From: the human T2T-CHM13v2.0 reference genome, Homo sapiens
Direction: 5' to 3' (one strand)
DNA length: 64,000 nt
Assembly: GCF_009914755.1 (NCBI RefSeq)
Contig: NC_060930.1
In this document: positions 1-15,642 of the stretch, one piece after another
How the letters are laid out: each line of letters begins with the position of its first letter
How positions within the stretch are numbered: the first letter of the stretch is position 1
The notes under the pieces: model-generated
What the model saw: only the letters and a program-made list of their open reading frames with translations
Told to the model about the DNA's origin: nothing
Databases searched by the model: none
Position numbers and translations under genes: made by a program

Positions 1-824
1 GTCTCAGTAAAATGGACATAAATGCTTCATTTTGTCTTAGAAAGTGATGACATCCTGTGGAATTAATGAATCCAAATGCACGCTTATGACTGTGTCTGTG
101 GTTCCACGGTATCATATATTCCAGTATTTTAAAAAGTAAAAAAAAAAAAATAACAAAAAAACACCAAAGATTAGTGTCTAGTAAAAAATGCTAACTCCTG
201 TTCACAAAATATAATAACAGACATAACAGGAATTGATTTTCCAAATGGTAAAAATGAAGGCTCTTCCTAGATCCAGCCATAGTATCCACTTTTTGGTCAA
301 GAACTTAGCTGCTTTATATTAGAATCTTGCCTATGACCTTGACTTAAACACTGAAACCTTGGATAGCATCAGATATTTGGGAAACATATGCATATTTGAT
401 ATTTTCAACCTTCATCTTGTTATTTTGATTTCTGTGCATTCTATGTATGTCAGCAATATTGCACATTGTTGCTTCGGAATAAAAAACACAAAAAATTAAT
501 AGAAGATGATCTACAAATAAATTAGGTAAGTAAAATGATTATGCCTTGATGTTTCATTCTTTAACATAACCATTTTAAGGGTATAGAACAAGCACTTAAG
601 TAAATTTGAGCCAATTTAGAGAAAGGCAGTAAACTATGTTGCAATGCCAGAAAGCTATACTTCTAAATAAAATTACTTGTGCTTAAGTTAGATAGAAATT
701 ATGTAATTTTGAGGAAAGTTAATGTATATCCATATGTATTTGTACACACATTATACAATAAGTTCTGTTATCATGAACATCTCAAATTTTGGTAACCAAC
801 AATTTTACATCCTGCATCTGTTAG

Positions 825-1178
<354 letters not shown>

Positions 1179-1345
1179 TGAAACCTCCTAGGAAACCACA
1201 ACGACTTGACTTCTGGTTATGACATTTTTAAAGCTTTTAGAAATAGGAATAAATGCAAGGCATTTCATGAAAGTAGAAAGTCACAGATTTTAACAGTATT
1301 TCCAAGGCTTTTGCTTGTAAATATGCATGCAAATGTTAATAGTAG

Positions 1346-2339
<994 letters not shown>

Positions 2340-2625
2340 CTACTCTGCTCTCTATAGATACAGGAAAGAAAATTTTTGATTTTAAAGTCAGACTGTGTAA
2401 AACATCAATCATGACCAGAGAACTGTGCAATATACTCAGGTCTTCAAATTTAGAAAATACTTTTTCTTTTTCCTTGAATTCTGGGAAGAAAAAAAATGAA
2501 ATTTGAAGGTTATCGATTTGTTCTAATACTTTAGTACTTGGTCTGGCAGAACCAAAGAAAAATACTTGAACTTACTTAAGACAAGCAATTGTGTTAGTCC
2601 AATTATCAGAAAGAAAAAAAAATCT

Positions 2626-2946
<321 letters not shown>

Positions 2947-3589
2947 CTACAATTTTTTTGTTTGTTTCCAGATGGTAGACTTGCAATGTGGTGCCTAGAC
3001 CTTGTCACAGCCCCTAAGCCACTAAATCACTGATAGAAGGAGCTTCAGATGTCTACTAGTACGAAGACTACTTACCCTTTTCTTTTTAAAATATTACTTA
3101 GCCAGCACCTTTACCTCTTCTTTGATGTGTAAAGCACTGAAGCAGAAAGAGCTTCCTCCCTGTCTGAGAATTATTCACCTAAGAGGGTGGCCTGTTGTCC
3201 ATGCTGGTGACTAATACTTGGTTCTTAGCCTATCCTTTGGTTTCATTTTCTCTAGTGATTGGAAAATAGCAAAGCATAAGACAAGCAAAAGATGGGCGGT
3301 GGGTAAGGGAGGTTGTCTGTTTGTATGTGTGTGTACTTTACCTTATTTTCAGAATAAATTATCTCCCAGTTTAGTTGCACAAATATTTTTGTATTAATAG
3401 AAATGAACAAAACTATATAACTTATGAGTATAATTTTTTATACATTAACAAAACTTATTTGAAGAACCAAGTAGTACAAATTGGTTGAAACTTTTGGAGG
3501 GAGAATTAGTAACAGCAAGCATGAACTCATCAAACACTGAGCATACTCCTACGTGAGTTTGGCAGAGGTTATCACATGAGTCTACCCCA

Positions 3590-3870
3590 TACAACTACTT
3601 GGCTCACTCCTTTTCTTCGTGACTCTACTAAAATGCACCGTTATCAGTGGAGTCTTTCCTGACTAACCTGAAGGAGATATAGCACCTTCACCCTCAGCCA
3701 TACCCTATGTCTTCTTTTCCCTACAACACCAACCATACTATAGATTTACTTCCTTATTATCTGTCTTTCTGCACACAAATGTCAAGTTCATGGGGAAAGA
3801 GAATAGAGTCTGGCTCATAAGAGGAGCTAAGTATGTATCTGTTGAAGTAACAAATAAATCAAATAAGTGA
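3590..3870 (+). mobile_element. L2 3' end remnant
   Basis: Degenerate L2-like 3' sequence ending gttgaagtaacaaataaat. Confidence 0.55.
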
Positions 3871-4549
3871 TTTAAATGAATTCAATATTTAAGGCAATCT
3901 GTTTTTTTGTTTTGTTTTGCTTGTCTCAAGCTTACCTTTGAGGCTACTAAATCAATTTATTTTTGCTAACTGCAAAATTGATAGGTAAGACCCAACTGTT
4001 CTTTTATGTCCGTGTTTCTAATAATGCTCAGGCCATTCCTTCAGAAGTATCAGTGAGGCCATCACTCTACCAGCATCTCACAAGGCAAATTTTAAATCCC
4101 TATTTCTTAATTCAGTGAAGTTTGTTCAGCTGCTGCCTCATCACCTCACTCCACCTACACCACCCACGAGTCAAAGACTGCCAGTGTCATAACTCTCCTA
4201 GAATAATACCCCTTTGCACGCATATAAAACCTTTACTCCAGGAGTTACAATGCATTACATGATAATTAATTGCCTCATTACTCAGCCCTATGAGCAAGAG
4301 AGTATTACAGTATTTTGATTTTCTGGATGGTAAGTCTCAGAAAAAGAAAATAAAACTACATCTCTACCTTCAATAAGAATACCAAAGGGATAAGAAACAA
4401 TGAATTAAATTCATCTTCATGCAATGAGTTGATAGGGTTGTTAGTAGTTAATGGCAAAAATGAGCTTATTTAATTTAACACTTTCCACTCAGAGAAGCCA
4501 GGGCTATTTCACAGTTGTTTTTTTCACAACTATCAAAAGAAATCAGAAT

Positions 4550-4851
<302 letters not shown>

Positions 4852-4963
4852 AAAAGATATCAGTGTATTTTTGTGTGCCTAGTTTGACTAAGTCTTTTTC
4901 ATTATTCAAAACTATTTTTATGTCCCTCATTCAGGCTAGATGCCACGAGAAATACAGGTTGAA

Positions 4964-5121
4964 GGCCAGGCACATTGGCTTACAGCTGCAATCCCAGCAC
5001 TTCAAGAGGGTGAGGCAGGAAGATCACTTAAGCTCAGGAATTCGAGACCAGCCTGGGCAACACAGTGAGACCTCATCTCTACTTCTTTTTCTTTTTTTCT
5101 TTTTTTTTTTTAAAAAAAGAA
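4964..5121 (+). mobile_element. FLAM / Alu left monomer with T-tract ahead of its A tail
   Basis: Left-monomer sequence ending catctctac; TSD agaaatacagg 4948-4958 / 5122-5132. Confidence 0.88.
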
Positions 5122-5737
5122 AGAAATACAGGACAAAATATATTTTCTTGGCCTCCATGAAACTTATAACTTAGTAAGGGAAATGAGAAACAAATACCAA
5201 TTATTATAATTTAAAGCTATTAAGTTATAAATGCTCTATGAGAGATTTAAAATTCTAAGCATTTGAGGAGGAAAAATTCATGCCTGCAAGTGATGAAAAT
5301 AGATGGCCCAGGTTAGATATCTCCTCTGGGCCTGGAATGGAACTTAGAAGGGAGAGAAAAAAGGCCACACATGTGAAGATGAATATTTTTGATTAAAAAA
5401 ATAAAGAATAAGGGAATTTGGTGTTCATATTTTAACCAAAGTTCCAGTATAGTGCCTTTCTGTGAGTCTAGGTTTCCAGAATGTTTATACTTTTTGAGAT
5501 TTCAAGGGATATTGTCAGGCTTCCTATTTTACGATCACACTTGGACATTGGATCTTGCCCTTTGTTTGAATGTGTTCTGTCTTTCGGCATGACATTTTCA
5601 GAGCAGAATAAGAGAAGAGAAAAGCATACAGAAAATTGATCACAGCAGTGACTATTTTGGGAAAGATTAATTAGGAATAAGAATTATAAATAATACTTAT
5701 TTAGGACTCATTATGTAAAAGGCTCTCTTCAAAGCCC

Positions 5738-6780
5738 ATTCATTCATTCATTCATCCATCCACTCAAAACGTATTTATTGAAATCCCATTTTGTACCAGA
5801 GGAAAATGGAGACAAAGAATTAAAGCAAGGAGACAGAGTCCTTGATCTACAGCTTGAGAAGATAGATGATAAATAACTAAGTACATCATAAGTGCTATGG
5901 AGAAGAGGGAAACAGAGCAGGAGACTAGACAGTGGGAGGGTAGAGGGCTATTTTATTGCTATTTTATTCAGAGCTTGTTTCTTATTCAGGGAAAGCCTCC
6001 CTGAAATAGAGACATTTGTTCAGAGGCTTGAATTAAGGGAGGGCGTGCATCATGTACATAACTAGGGGAACAGCATAGCAAGAAGAGGAAACAGCGAGTA
6101 CATGGCTGTCCGGGTAGACAGTCACCATCTGAGGTTTCACTTAGTGGTTTCAGTTACCCATGGTCTACTGTGGTTCAAAAACATTAAGTGACAAAATCCA
6201 GAAATAAACAGTTTATAGGTTTTAAATTGTGTACCATTCTGAGTAGCGTGATTAAATCTTGAGCCATCCTGCTCCCTCCCTACCAGATCATGAATCCTCC
6301 CTTTGTCTAGCGTCTCCATGCTGTAGAGTTACCTGCCTATGAGCCACTCAGTACTGCTGTAGGTCCTCAGATTGACTGTCGAGGTATCACAATGTTAGTG
6401 TTCAAGTAAGTAACCCCCTTTTTTTAACTTAATCATCGCCCTTGAGTGCAAGAGTAGCGATGCTGACATACTGTTATACTTGTTCTATTTTATTATCAGT
6501 CATTGTTAATCTCTGACTGTGCCTAATTTATAAATGAAGCTTTATCATAGGTATGTATGTATAGGAAAAAACATAGTACATATAGGATCTGGTACCATTT
6601 ACAGCTTCAGGCATCCACTGGGGGATGTACTTGTCTTGTGTTCCAGAAAAAGCAAAAATGTCAAAAGAGCTGAAACGTGGTAAAAAAGGGAGAGATAGGA
6701 GATGAGATGAGAGCTGTGTGAGCTAGGGAAGGAGCTGAGCATTTAGGGATGTGTGGGTGGCTGAAGAACTATGAGTTTTT
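5738..6780 (-). mobile_element. L2 remnant interrupted by MER44
   Basis: (CATT)n L2 tail at ~5740 followed by typical antisense L2 sequence on both sides of MER44. Confidence 0.65.
6119..6628 (+). mobile_element. MER44B-like (TcMar-Tigger derivative)
   Basis: Characteristic ggtttcagttacccatggtc...ccagaaataaaca...ttcaggcatccactggggg sequence. Confidence 0.85.
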
Positions 6781-6785
6781 TGATG

Positions 6786-7031
6786 AACATGAAGGCAGAG
6801 TTTGAGGTGACACATCTACAAGCCAAGAAATACCAAAGATTGCCAGGAAACCACCAGAAGCTAGGAGAGAGGCATGGGAGAGATTCTCCCTCGCTGACAT
6901 CAAAAAGACCCAACCCTGCTGGCGCCATGATCTCAGACTTTTCGACTCCAAGATTGTGAGACAGTAAGCTTCTGTTGTTTAAGCCACCCAGTTGTGGCAT
7001 TTTGATTTGACAGTTCCAGGAAACTAACACA
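6786..7031 (+). mobile_element. MLT1C-like MaLR LTR, 3' part
   Basis: aagccaag...ccaccagaagctaggagagaggcatgg...ctgttgtttaagccacccag...ggaaactaacaca. Confidence 0.85.
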
Positions 7032-7394
7032 GGAAATGACCCACTTATATGCATTATAGCTGAGAATGAATGAATAGTAGAGTCAAAATATGACTGCAAG
7101 ATAATCTGACCCCCAGAGCCCAGGCTCCAAATCTCTGTCTCTACTACTTCTCTAAAAGACATATTTTAAAATTGTAAAGTGAGAGGAAAATATTTCCAAA
7201 GTATCCATTTCAATGAAATTAAGAATGTATATTTACTTTAAGTCATAAATATATATCCAACAGCTTTTTCTGTGCTTTTTTATTGTTGAAGTTGAGCTAC
7301 GGAGAGCAAGTGTTTGAAGAGGACTTGGCTGTAGAGAATTATCTCCTGACTCTGTTTTTGATTAGGAAGAATAACACCCTGGGAAAGAGAAGGT

Positions 7395-10300
7395 CTATAC
7401 TCCCAACCTCCACCTGCTGGAAATCACTACTCTATTCTCTGCTTCTATGAGCTTGACTTTTTTAGACTCCATATATAAGTGACATCATGCAGTATTTATC
7501 TTTCTGTGCCTGGCTTATTTCACTTAGCACATTGTCCTTGAGGTTCATCCATGTTGCTGCACATGACAAGATTTCCTCATTTTCTAAGACTGAATAATAT
7601 CCCATCATCATATATACCACAATTTCTTTATACATTTATTAACTGATGGCTACTTAAGATGATTCCGGATCTTGGCTCTTTTGTGAATACTCCTGCAATC
7701 AACATGGTGATGAAGTTATCTCTTCAACATACCGATACCCAGAATTGGAATTGCTCAGTCACATGGCAGTTATATTTGTATTTTTGAGGGACCTCGATAC
7801 TATTATTCATAATGGCTGTACTAATTCACATTTCCACCAACAGTGTACCAGTGTTTCCTTTTTTCTGCCTCATCACCAACATTTATTGTCTGTCTTTTGT
7901 CTTTTTGGCAATAGCCATTCTAACAGGCATTAGGTGATTTCTCATTGTAATATTGATTTGCATTTGCCTGATGAATGATGTTGAGTACTTTTGCATGTAA
8001 CTGTTGGCCATTTGCTTGTCTTCTTTTGAGAAATGTCTATTCAGGCCTGTTGCCCAATTTTAATTGCATCATTTATTTTCTTGCTATTGAGCTGTTTGAA
8101 TTTCTTATATATTTTGGATATTGACTTCTTACCAGGTGTATGGTAATATGCAAATATTTTCTCCCATTTGTAGGAAGAATCAACACTCTGTTGATTGTTT
8201 CCTTTGCTGTGCAGAAACTGTTTAATTTAAGGTCATCCCATTTGTCTATTCTTCTTTTTGTTGCCTATATGTTTGAGGTCATATCCAAAAAAATCATTGC
8301 CCAAACCAGTGTCAAGAAGCCTTTTTCCTGCATTTTCTTGTGGCTGTTTTACAATTTCATGTCTTTAAGTCTTTAGTCCATTTTGAGTTGACTTTAAGAT
8401 GTAGTGCCAGATAAATGTCCAATTTCATTCTTCTGCATGTGGATATTTAGTTTCCCTAACACTACTCAATGAAGATAATGGCCTTTCTCCATTAAATGTT
8501 CTTGGCACATTTGTTGATCAGTTTATCAGAACAGTGTGGATTTCTTTCTAGGCTTTCTATTCTATTCCTTTGGTCTATGTGTCTTTTTAAATTCCAGTGC
8601 CATTCTGTTTTGATTATTATAGCTTTACAGTATATTTTGAAATTAGGTGGTGTGATGCCTCCAGTTTTGTTCTTTGTGCTCAAGAATGCTTTGGCTTTCT
8701 GGAGTTTTTTGTAGTTTCATACAAATTTTAAAATTGCTTTTTCTGTTTATATGAAAATACCATTAATGTTTTGATAGAGATTATATTGAATCTGTGTATT
8801 GGTTAAGGTAGTACAGAAATTTTAACAGTATTAATTCTTCCAATCCATAAATATGGAATATATTTCTATTTTTTGTGTCTTCAACATCTCTCATCAATGT
8901 TTCGCAGCTTTCAGCGTACAGATCTATCACCTCGTTGGTTAAATTTATTTCTAAGTATTTTATCTTTTTATGCTATTGTAAATGGGATTGTTTTCTCAAT
9001 TTCTTTTTTGGATAGCTCATCGTTAGTATATAGAAATGCTACTAATTTTTATATGTTGATTTTGTATCCTGAAAGTTTACTGTATTTATTAGTTCTAACA
9101 GTTTTTGGTGGAGTCTTTAGAGCTTTCTATATTAGATTATCTTGTCTGCAAACAGAAATCACTTTACTGTTCCCTTTCTGACTTGAATCCCTCATTTCTG
9201 TTCTTGCCTAATTGCTCTGGCTAGGACTTCCAGTATTATGTTTAATGCAAGTGGTGAGAATGGGCATCCTTGTCCTTTAGCTGTTCTTTAAGAAACATCT
9301 TTCAACTTTTCATCACTGAATGTGATGCTAGCTGTGGGCTTGTCATATATGGCTTTTATAAGAGATGTATATAATAGCTTTATTACATTGAGGTATATTC
9401 CTTTTATACTTAGTTTGTTGAGATTTTTATGAAATGATGTTATATTTTGTCAAATGATCTTTCTGCATCTGTTGAGATTATCATACAATGTTTATCCTTC
9501 ATTTTGTGAATGTGGCATATCACATTTATTGATTTGCATCTATTGAACCATCTTTGCCTCCCAGAGGTAAATCCTCCTTGATCATGGTGTATGATCCTTT
9601 TAATACTCTACTGAATTTGGTTTACGAGTATTCGGTTGAACATTTTTGCATCTGTGCTCATTAAGGATATTGGTCTATAATTTTTATTTTTTATAGTGTC
9701 CTTAACTGGCTTTTGTGTAACAGTAATGGTGGCCTTGTAAAATTAGTTTGAAAGTGTTCCCTCTTCTTCATTCCTTTGGAAGAATTTGAGAAAAATTTGT
9801 TTTAAATGTACGTTTTAAATGTTTGGTAGAATTTACCAATGAAGCCATCATGTACTGGACTTTTATTTTGTTGGAGGGGTTTGTGATTAATGATTCAATC
9901 TCCATACCTGTTATTGGTCTATTCGGACTTTTTATTTCTTCCTGATTCAGTCTTGGTCGGTTGTATGTTTCCAAGAATTTATCCACTTCTTCTAGGTTAT
10001 CTCATTTGTTGATGGATAGTTGTTCATAGTAATCTAATAATTCTTTGAGATTATCAGCCACAATGTCTTCTCTTCTGGTTATGATTTTATTTCAATTACT
10101 TATTATAATTTTTATTTATTTCAGTTATAATTGTATTCTCTCTTTTTTCTTAGTCTAACTAAAGGTTTGTGAATTTTGTTCATCTTTCAAAAAACAAACT
10201 CTTAGTTTCACTGATCTTTTTACCTGTTTTTCTAGTTTTTATTTCATTTATTTATCCTCAGATCTTTATTATTTTCTTCCTTCTGCTGACTTTGGGCTTA

Positions 10301-11637
10301 GTTTGCTCTTTTTCTAGTTCCCTGAAGTGTGAAGCTAGGTTATTTATTTGAGATCTCTCTTTTTTCTTAATGTAGTGTTTACCACTATAAATTTCACTTT
10401 TAGAATACTATTGCTGCATCCCTCAGGTTTTGGCATGTTGTGTTTCCACTTTCATTTGTCTCAAGATACTTTTTTATTTTCTTTTTTATTTCTTTTTTGA
10501 CTCATTGGTTGTTCAGAAGTATGTTAATTTCCATGTATTTGTAAATTTTCCTATTTTTCTTTTGTTATTGATTTCTAGTTTTATACCATGTGGTCAGAAA
10601 AATACTTGATATGATTTCAGTCTTCTAAGGCTTGCAAGACTCGCTTTGTGGCCTCTCAACTGAAGAATCATGAGGTTCATAAATCTGAAATGGAGAGTTT
10701 TATTTCTTTTAAGGAGTTGCAGCCTGCAGGCTGGCTATCCCGCAGGCTGAAAAGCACAGCTTCTGGCAGAAACCAGAAGCAGGAACTTCGAGAGAGGGAA
10801 GGGTAGAACAGGAATTTATGTTAAATGAGTTGGCTAAGTATACATATTTAACTGGTTACAGAAAGAGCTATGGATATTTACAAAAGGGGGACATGCACAT
10901 GCATAGTAAGCAAACATGCATGTAACAGTCCCATGTTCACTTTGGTTTGGAGACTTAAAATTTAAATACAGCAAAATTAGGCCATATTTGTCAAAAGGTG
11001 AAATGGTAAACACAGAGGCATTCTGTGTGCAGCCTCTGTAAACCAACCAAAACCAGTCCATGGTTGGTGGTCTCCTATCAAGAAGGAATGCTGGTTAGTT
11101 GTATCAAAACCACACAAAGGGAAAGGAGTCCAGCAAGTGTTTTGAAAGGGCTGCTTTCTGTTTAACCCTTAGGAAAAAAAGCCTAATGGTAGTTAGTGAG
11201 AGGGGGTATAATAAGGCATGTCTAACCTCCCATCCTGTCACGATCAGGAATTCAGCTTTTAAGGTTTCCCTGTGGTCCCCTTGGCCAAGAAGGGGTTCAG
11301 TCAGTCAGATGGGGGATTTAGGATTGCAGTTTTATTTCTCAGGCCTAACATATTATCTATTCCAGATAATGTTTCATATACCCTTGAAAAAAATGTGCAT
11401 GCAGCTGTTGGATGGAATGTTCTGTATATGTGTGTTAAGTCCATTTGGTGTATAGTGTTGTTCAAGTCCACTATTTGCTTGTTGATATTCTGTCTGGATG
11501 ATCTATCCATTGTTGTAAGTGTGATATTTAAGTCTCCTACAATTATTGTATTACTATTTCTCCCTTTAGTTCTGTTGATATTTGCTTTGTATATGCAGGT
11601 GCTGTAATGTTGAGTGCATATATGTTTACAATTGTAT
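7395..11637 (-). mobile_element. Old L1 (L1MA/L1MB class): 3'UTR and most of ORF2, degenerate, interrupted by MER39
   Basis: Antisense L1 3'UTR at 7.4-7.7 kb; ORF remnants [16 protein letters not shown] (9768-9986) and endonuclease segment IIVGDLN..MDRSSRQ..IYRTFHP (11301-11654). Confidence 0.95.
10654..11341 (-). mobile_element. MER39-like ERV1 solo LTR
   Basis: Reverse strand starts TGAGAAATAAAA...CTTGGCCAAGGGGACC; 4-bp TSD ggcc 10650-10653 / 11342-11345 splitting the L1 sequence gtggcc|taacata. Confidence 0.85.
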
Positions 11638-12068
11638 TTCAGGATTTCAGGCATTTTACAAAAAGCACTTCAAGACTCCCAGGGAGAAGTGAAACTCCAA
11701 AGGTAGACTATGTGATGACTCAGCTCTCTTCTTAGGGATGATTTCTCAATCATAGAGCAGACAGCTGGAATAAAAAAAAACTAACCAAAAATTGAGGTCT
11801 TGATGAGTTGAGGCAGAGTTTGAGGTAGTCTATGTGGCTGGAATTTTCAGGGTAAGAAATTGGCAGTCTCAGAAGAACATGTGGAAGTTGCTCTTTCAGT
11901 CTCCATCTGAGAAGTAGACTGTCCATGTGCAAGGTGAGACTACAAAAGGCTCATCAAATAGCAGCTGCCATGAGGTCAAGAGTAGAATAAAGATTCTAGG
12001 AGCTGAACAGTACTATGAGAAGAGCAGTGTCTTGAGAAGTTAGAGTTCTGACCTTACCAGAGTAAAGA

Positions 12069-12443
12069 TGATATGGTTCGGCTCTGTGTCCCCACCCAAA
12101 TCTCATGTCAACTTGTAATTCCTGGTGTTCAAGGAGGGGCCTGGTGGGAGGTGATTGAATCATGGGGACAGAATTCCCCCTGGCTGTTCTTGTGATAGAG
12201 TTCTCACAGGATCTGGGTATTTGAAAGTGTGTAGCCCTTTTCCTTCACTCTCTCTCCTGCTGACCTGCTGAAGATGTTCTTGCTTTGCCCTTTGACTTCT
12301 GCCATGATAGTAGGTTTCTGAGGCCACTCCAGAAGCAGAAGCCTATACAACCCAAAGAACTGTGAGTGGATTAAACCTCTTTTCTTTATAAATTACCCAG
12401 TCTCAAGTATGTCTTTATAGCATTGGGAGAACAAACTAATAAA
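12069..12443 (+). mobile_element. MSTA MaLR 5' LTR
   Basis: tgatatggtt..ctgtgtccccacccaaatctcatg ... ataaattacccagtctc...actaat. Confidence 0.9.
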
Positions 12444-13880
<1,437 letters not shown>

Positions 13881-14055
13881 GGCCAGGTTCACACTGGAGA
13901 CTGCATTTGGAGCTTGAGATCCCTCAAGTTAGAGGAGTTTAGGACATACTTTGTGTTTTCCTCAGTTTTTTTCCTAGTGAAATTTAAACCAAAATCACAG
14001 AAGTTCAAGGTGACCATTCAAGAATTTAACTATCTGATAAAACAAGAAGAAGAAC

Positions 14056-14196
14056 ACACACTTCATGGAAACACATTTCATGGAAAGGTAACACACTTCA
14101 TGGAAACACTCTTCATGGAAGAAACACATTTCATGGAAAGGTAACACAATTCATGGAAACACTCTTCATGGAAGAAACACATTTCATGGAAAGGTA
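14056..14196 (+). repeat. Minisatellite: 8 copies of a 15-bp unit (6-bp ACAC-start spacer + TTCATGGAA) in a 53-bp higher-order repeat
   Basis: TTCATGGAA at 14062, 14077, 14097, 14112, 14130, 14150, 14165, 14183. Confidence 0.97.
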
Positions 14197-14199
14197 ATT

Positions 14200-15030
14200 G
14201 AATTCAGAGTTTATATATCTTAAAACACATAATATGTGAAATGCAATACATGCAAAAGCAAAAATAAATAAATAAAATGAGAAAATGAGGCATCAAGAGA
14301 AAAAGCAATAAATAAAAATCAACCTTGAGATGGTCCAGATATTAGATTTAGAAAACAGAGCCTTTAAAGCATCTTTTGTAATTGTTTAAAGAACCAAGAA
14401 AAGCATATTCAAAGAATTTAAAAAATATATGATCCTAATGAGTAGCCTGATAAAGAATCTCGGCAGAGAAACAAAAACTATGAAAAATAACTGAATAGAA
14501 ATTTCAGAAATAAAAACTACAATGACTGAAATGAAAAATTCATTGACTTGGCTTAACAACCAATTGCAGATGTCGGAAAAAAAAGGTCCAGTGATTTTGA
14601 AGACAGATCTAAAGAAATTACTCAATTTGAAGAACAGAGAAAAAATACTAAAGAAAATAAAAAAGCACATCAGAAGCATGTAAAATATTAAATAATGCAG
14701 CATAAATGCAATTAAAATTACAGATGGAAAAGGGGGTGAGATTAGAGCTGAAAAAATATTTTAATAAATGATAACTGAAAACATCCCAACTAAGTTGAAG
14801 ATCACTTCCTACAAAGCAAAGCAGCATAAAACCACAAAGAACTTTACCTAGACAAATCAGAGTCCAACAGCTGAAAACCAGAGATAAATAACAGAGACTT
14901 AAATCAACCAAGGGAAAAAAGACACATTACATACAGGGGAAATGAATGTAAATGACCTCTGACTTCTCTTCAAAAACAAAAACAGACAGAGGTCAGATGA
15001 TAATGTAACAATATCTATCAACCCAGATTT
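14200..15030 (+). mobile_element. Ancient L1M ORF1-region remnant
   Basis: A-rich degenerate L1 ORF1-like sequence (agaaataaaaactacaatgactgaaatgaaaaattca...). Confidence 0.7.
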
Positions 15031-15287
15031 CTGGATTGTTTGTTTGATTAGTCATAGTGTGATCATAAATGCTGTAAATATAGATAATGTTATTTTTAAC
15101 ATTTATTTTTATGTTAATATTAATAAACTATTGATTACATTTGCTCATGCTTGCAGCTTTTCATCCTTCCTGATCTCTGGAACAGTCTTCTGCAGTAGTT
15201 ATGAAAATAAAATTCTAGATCTAGATTCTTATCATTAGGGCAAGTTCTTGATGTTTTTTTACTTTCCTCACCAATGAAATGAAGTAC

Positions 15288-15642
15288 ATATGGTCTCTGA
15301 TTTAATGATGGCTTGATTTAATGATTTTTCAACTTTACAATGATGTGAAAGTGATATGCATCCAGTAGAAATTGTACTTCGAGTACCCATACAACTATTG
15401 CTTTTCACTCCAGTACAGTATTCAATAAATTATGAGATACTCAACACTTTATTATAAAACAGTCACTGTGTTAGATTATTTTGTCAAACTGTAGCCTAAT
15501 GTAAGTGTTCTGAGCACGTTAAGGTAGGCTAGGCTAAACTACGTTCAACAGGTTATGTGTTTTTAATGCATTTTTGACTCATGGTGTTTTCAATTTGGAT
15601 AGGTTTATTGGACATAGCCCCATTGTAAGTCAAGGAGCATCC
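15288..15642 (-). mobile_element. MER47A (TcMar-Tigger MITE)
   Basis: Matches recalled consensus: gtacttcgagtacccatacaac...gtaagtgttctgagcacgtt..aggtaggctaggctaa...gtaagtcaaggagcatc. Confidence 0.9.

Noticed and set aside
3076-3969. Two minus-strand AG...GTAAG bounded segments (3076-3136, 3936-3969)
   Set aside because: Stops in all three frames; such signal pairs arise by chance; a non-coding exon cannot be excluded but is unsupported
11301-11654. ORF with an endonuclease-like motif
   Set aside because: Fragment of a dead L1 ORF2, disrupted by frameshifts and the MER39 insertion
14056-14196. CRISPR-like repeat-spacer appearance and His-rich peptide in ORF 13878-14144
   Set aside because: Spacers are 6-11 bp and themselves repeated, the context is eukaryotic with no cas genes, and the peptide is a by-product of the repeat
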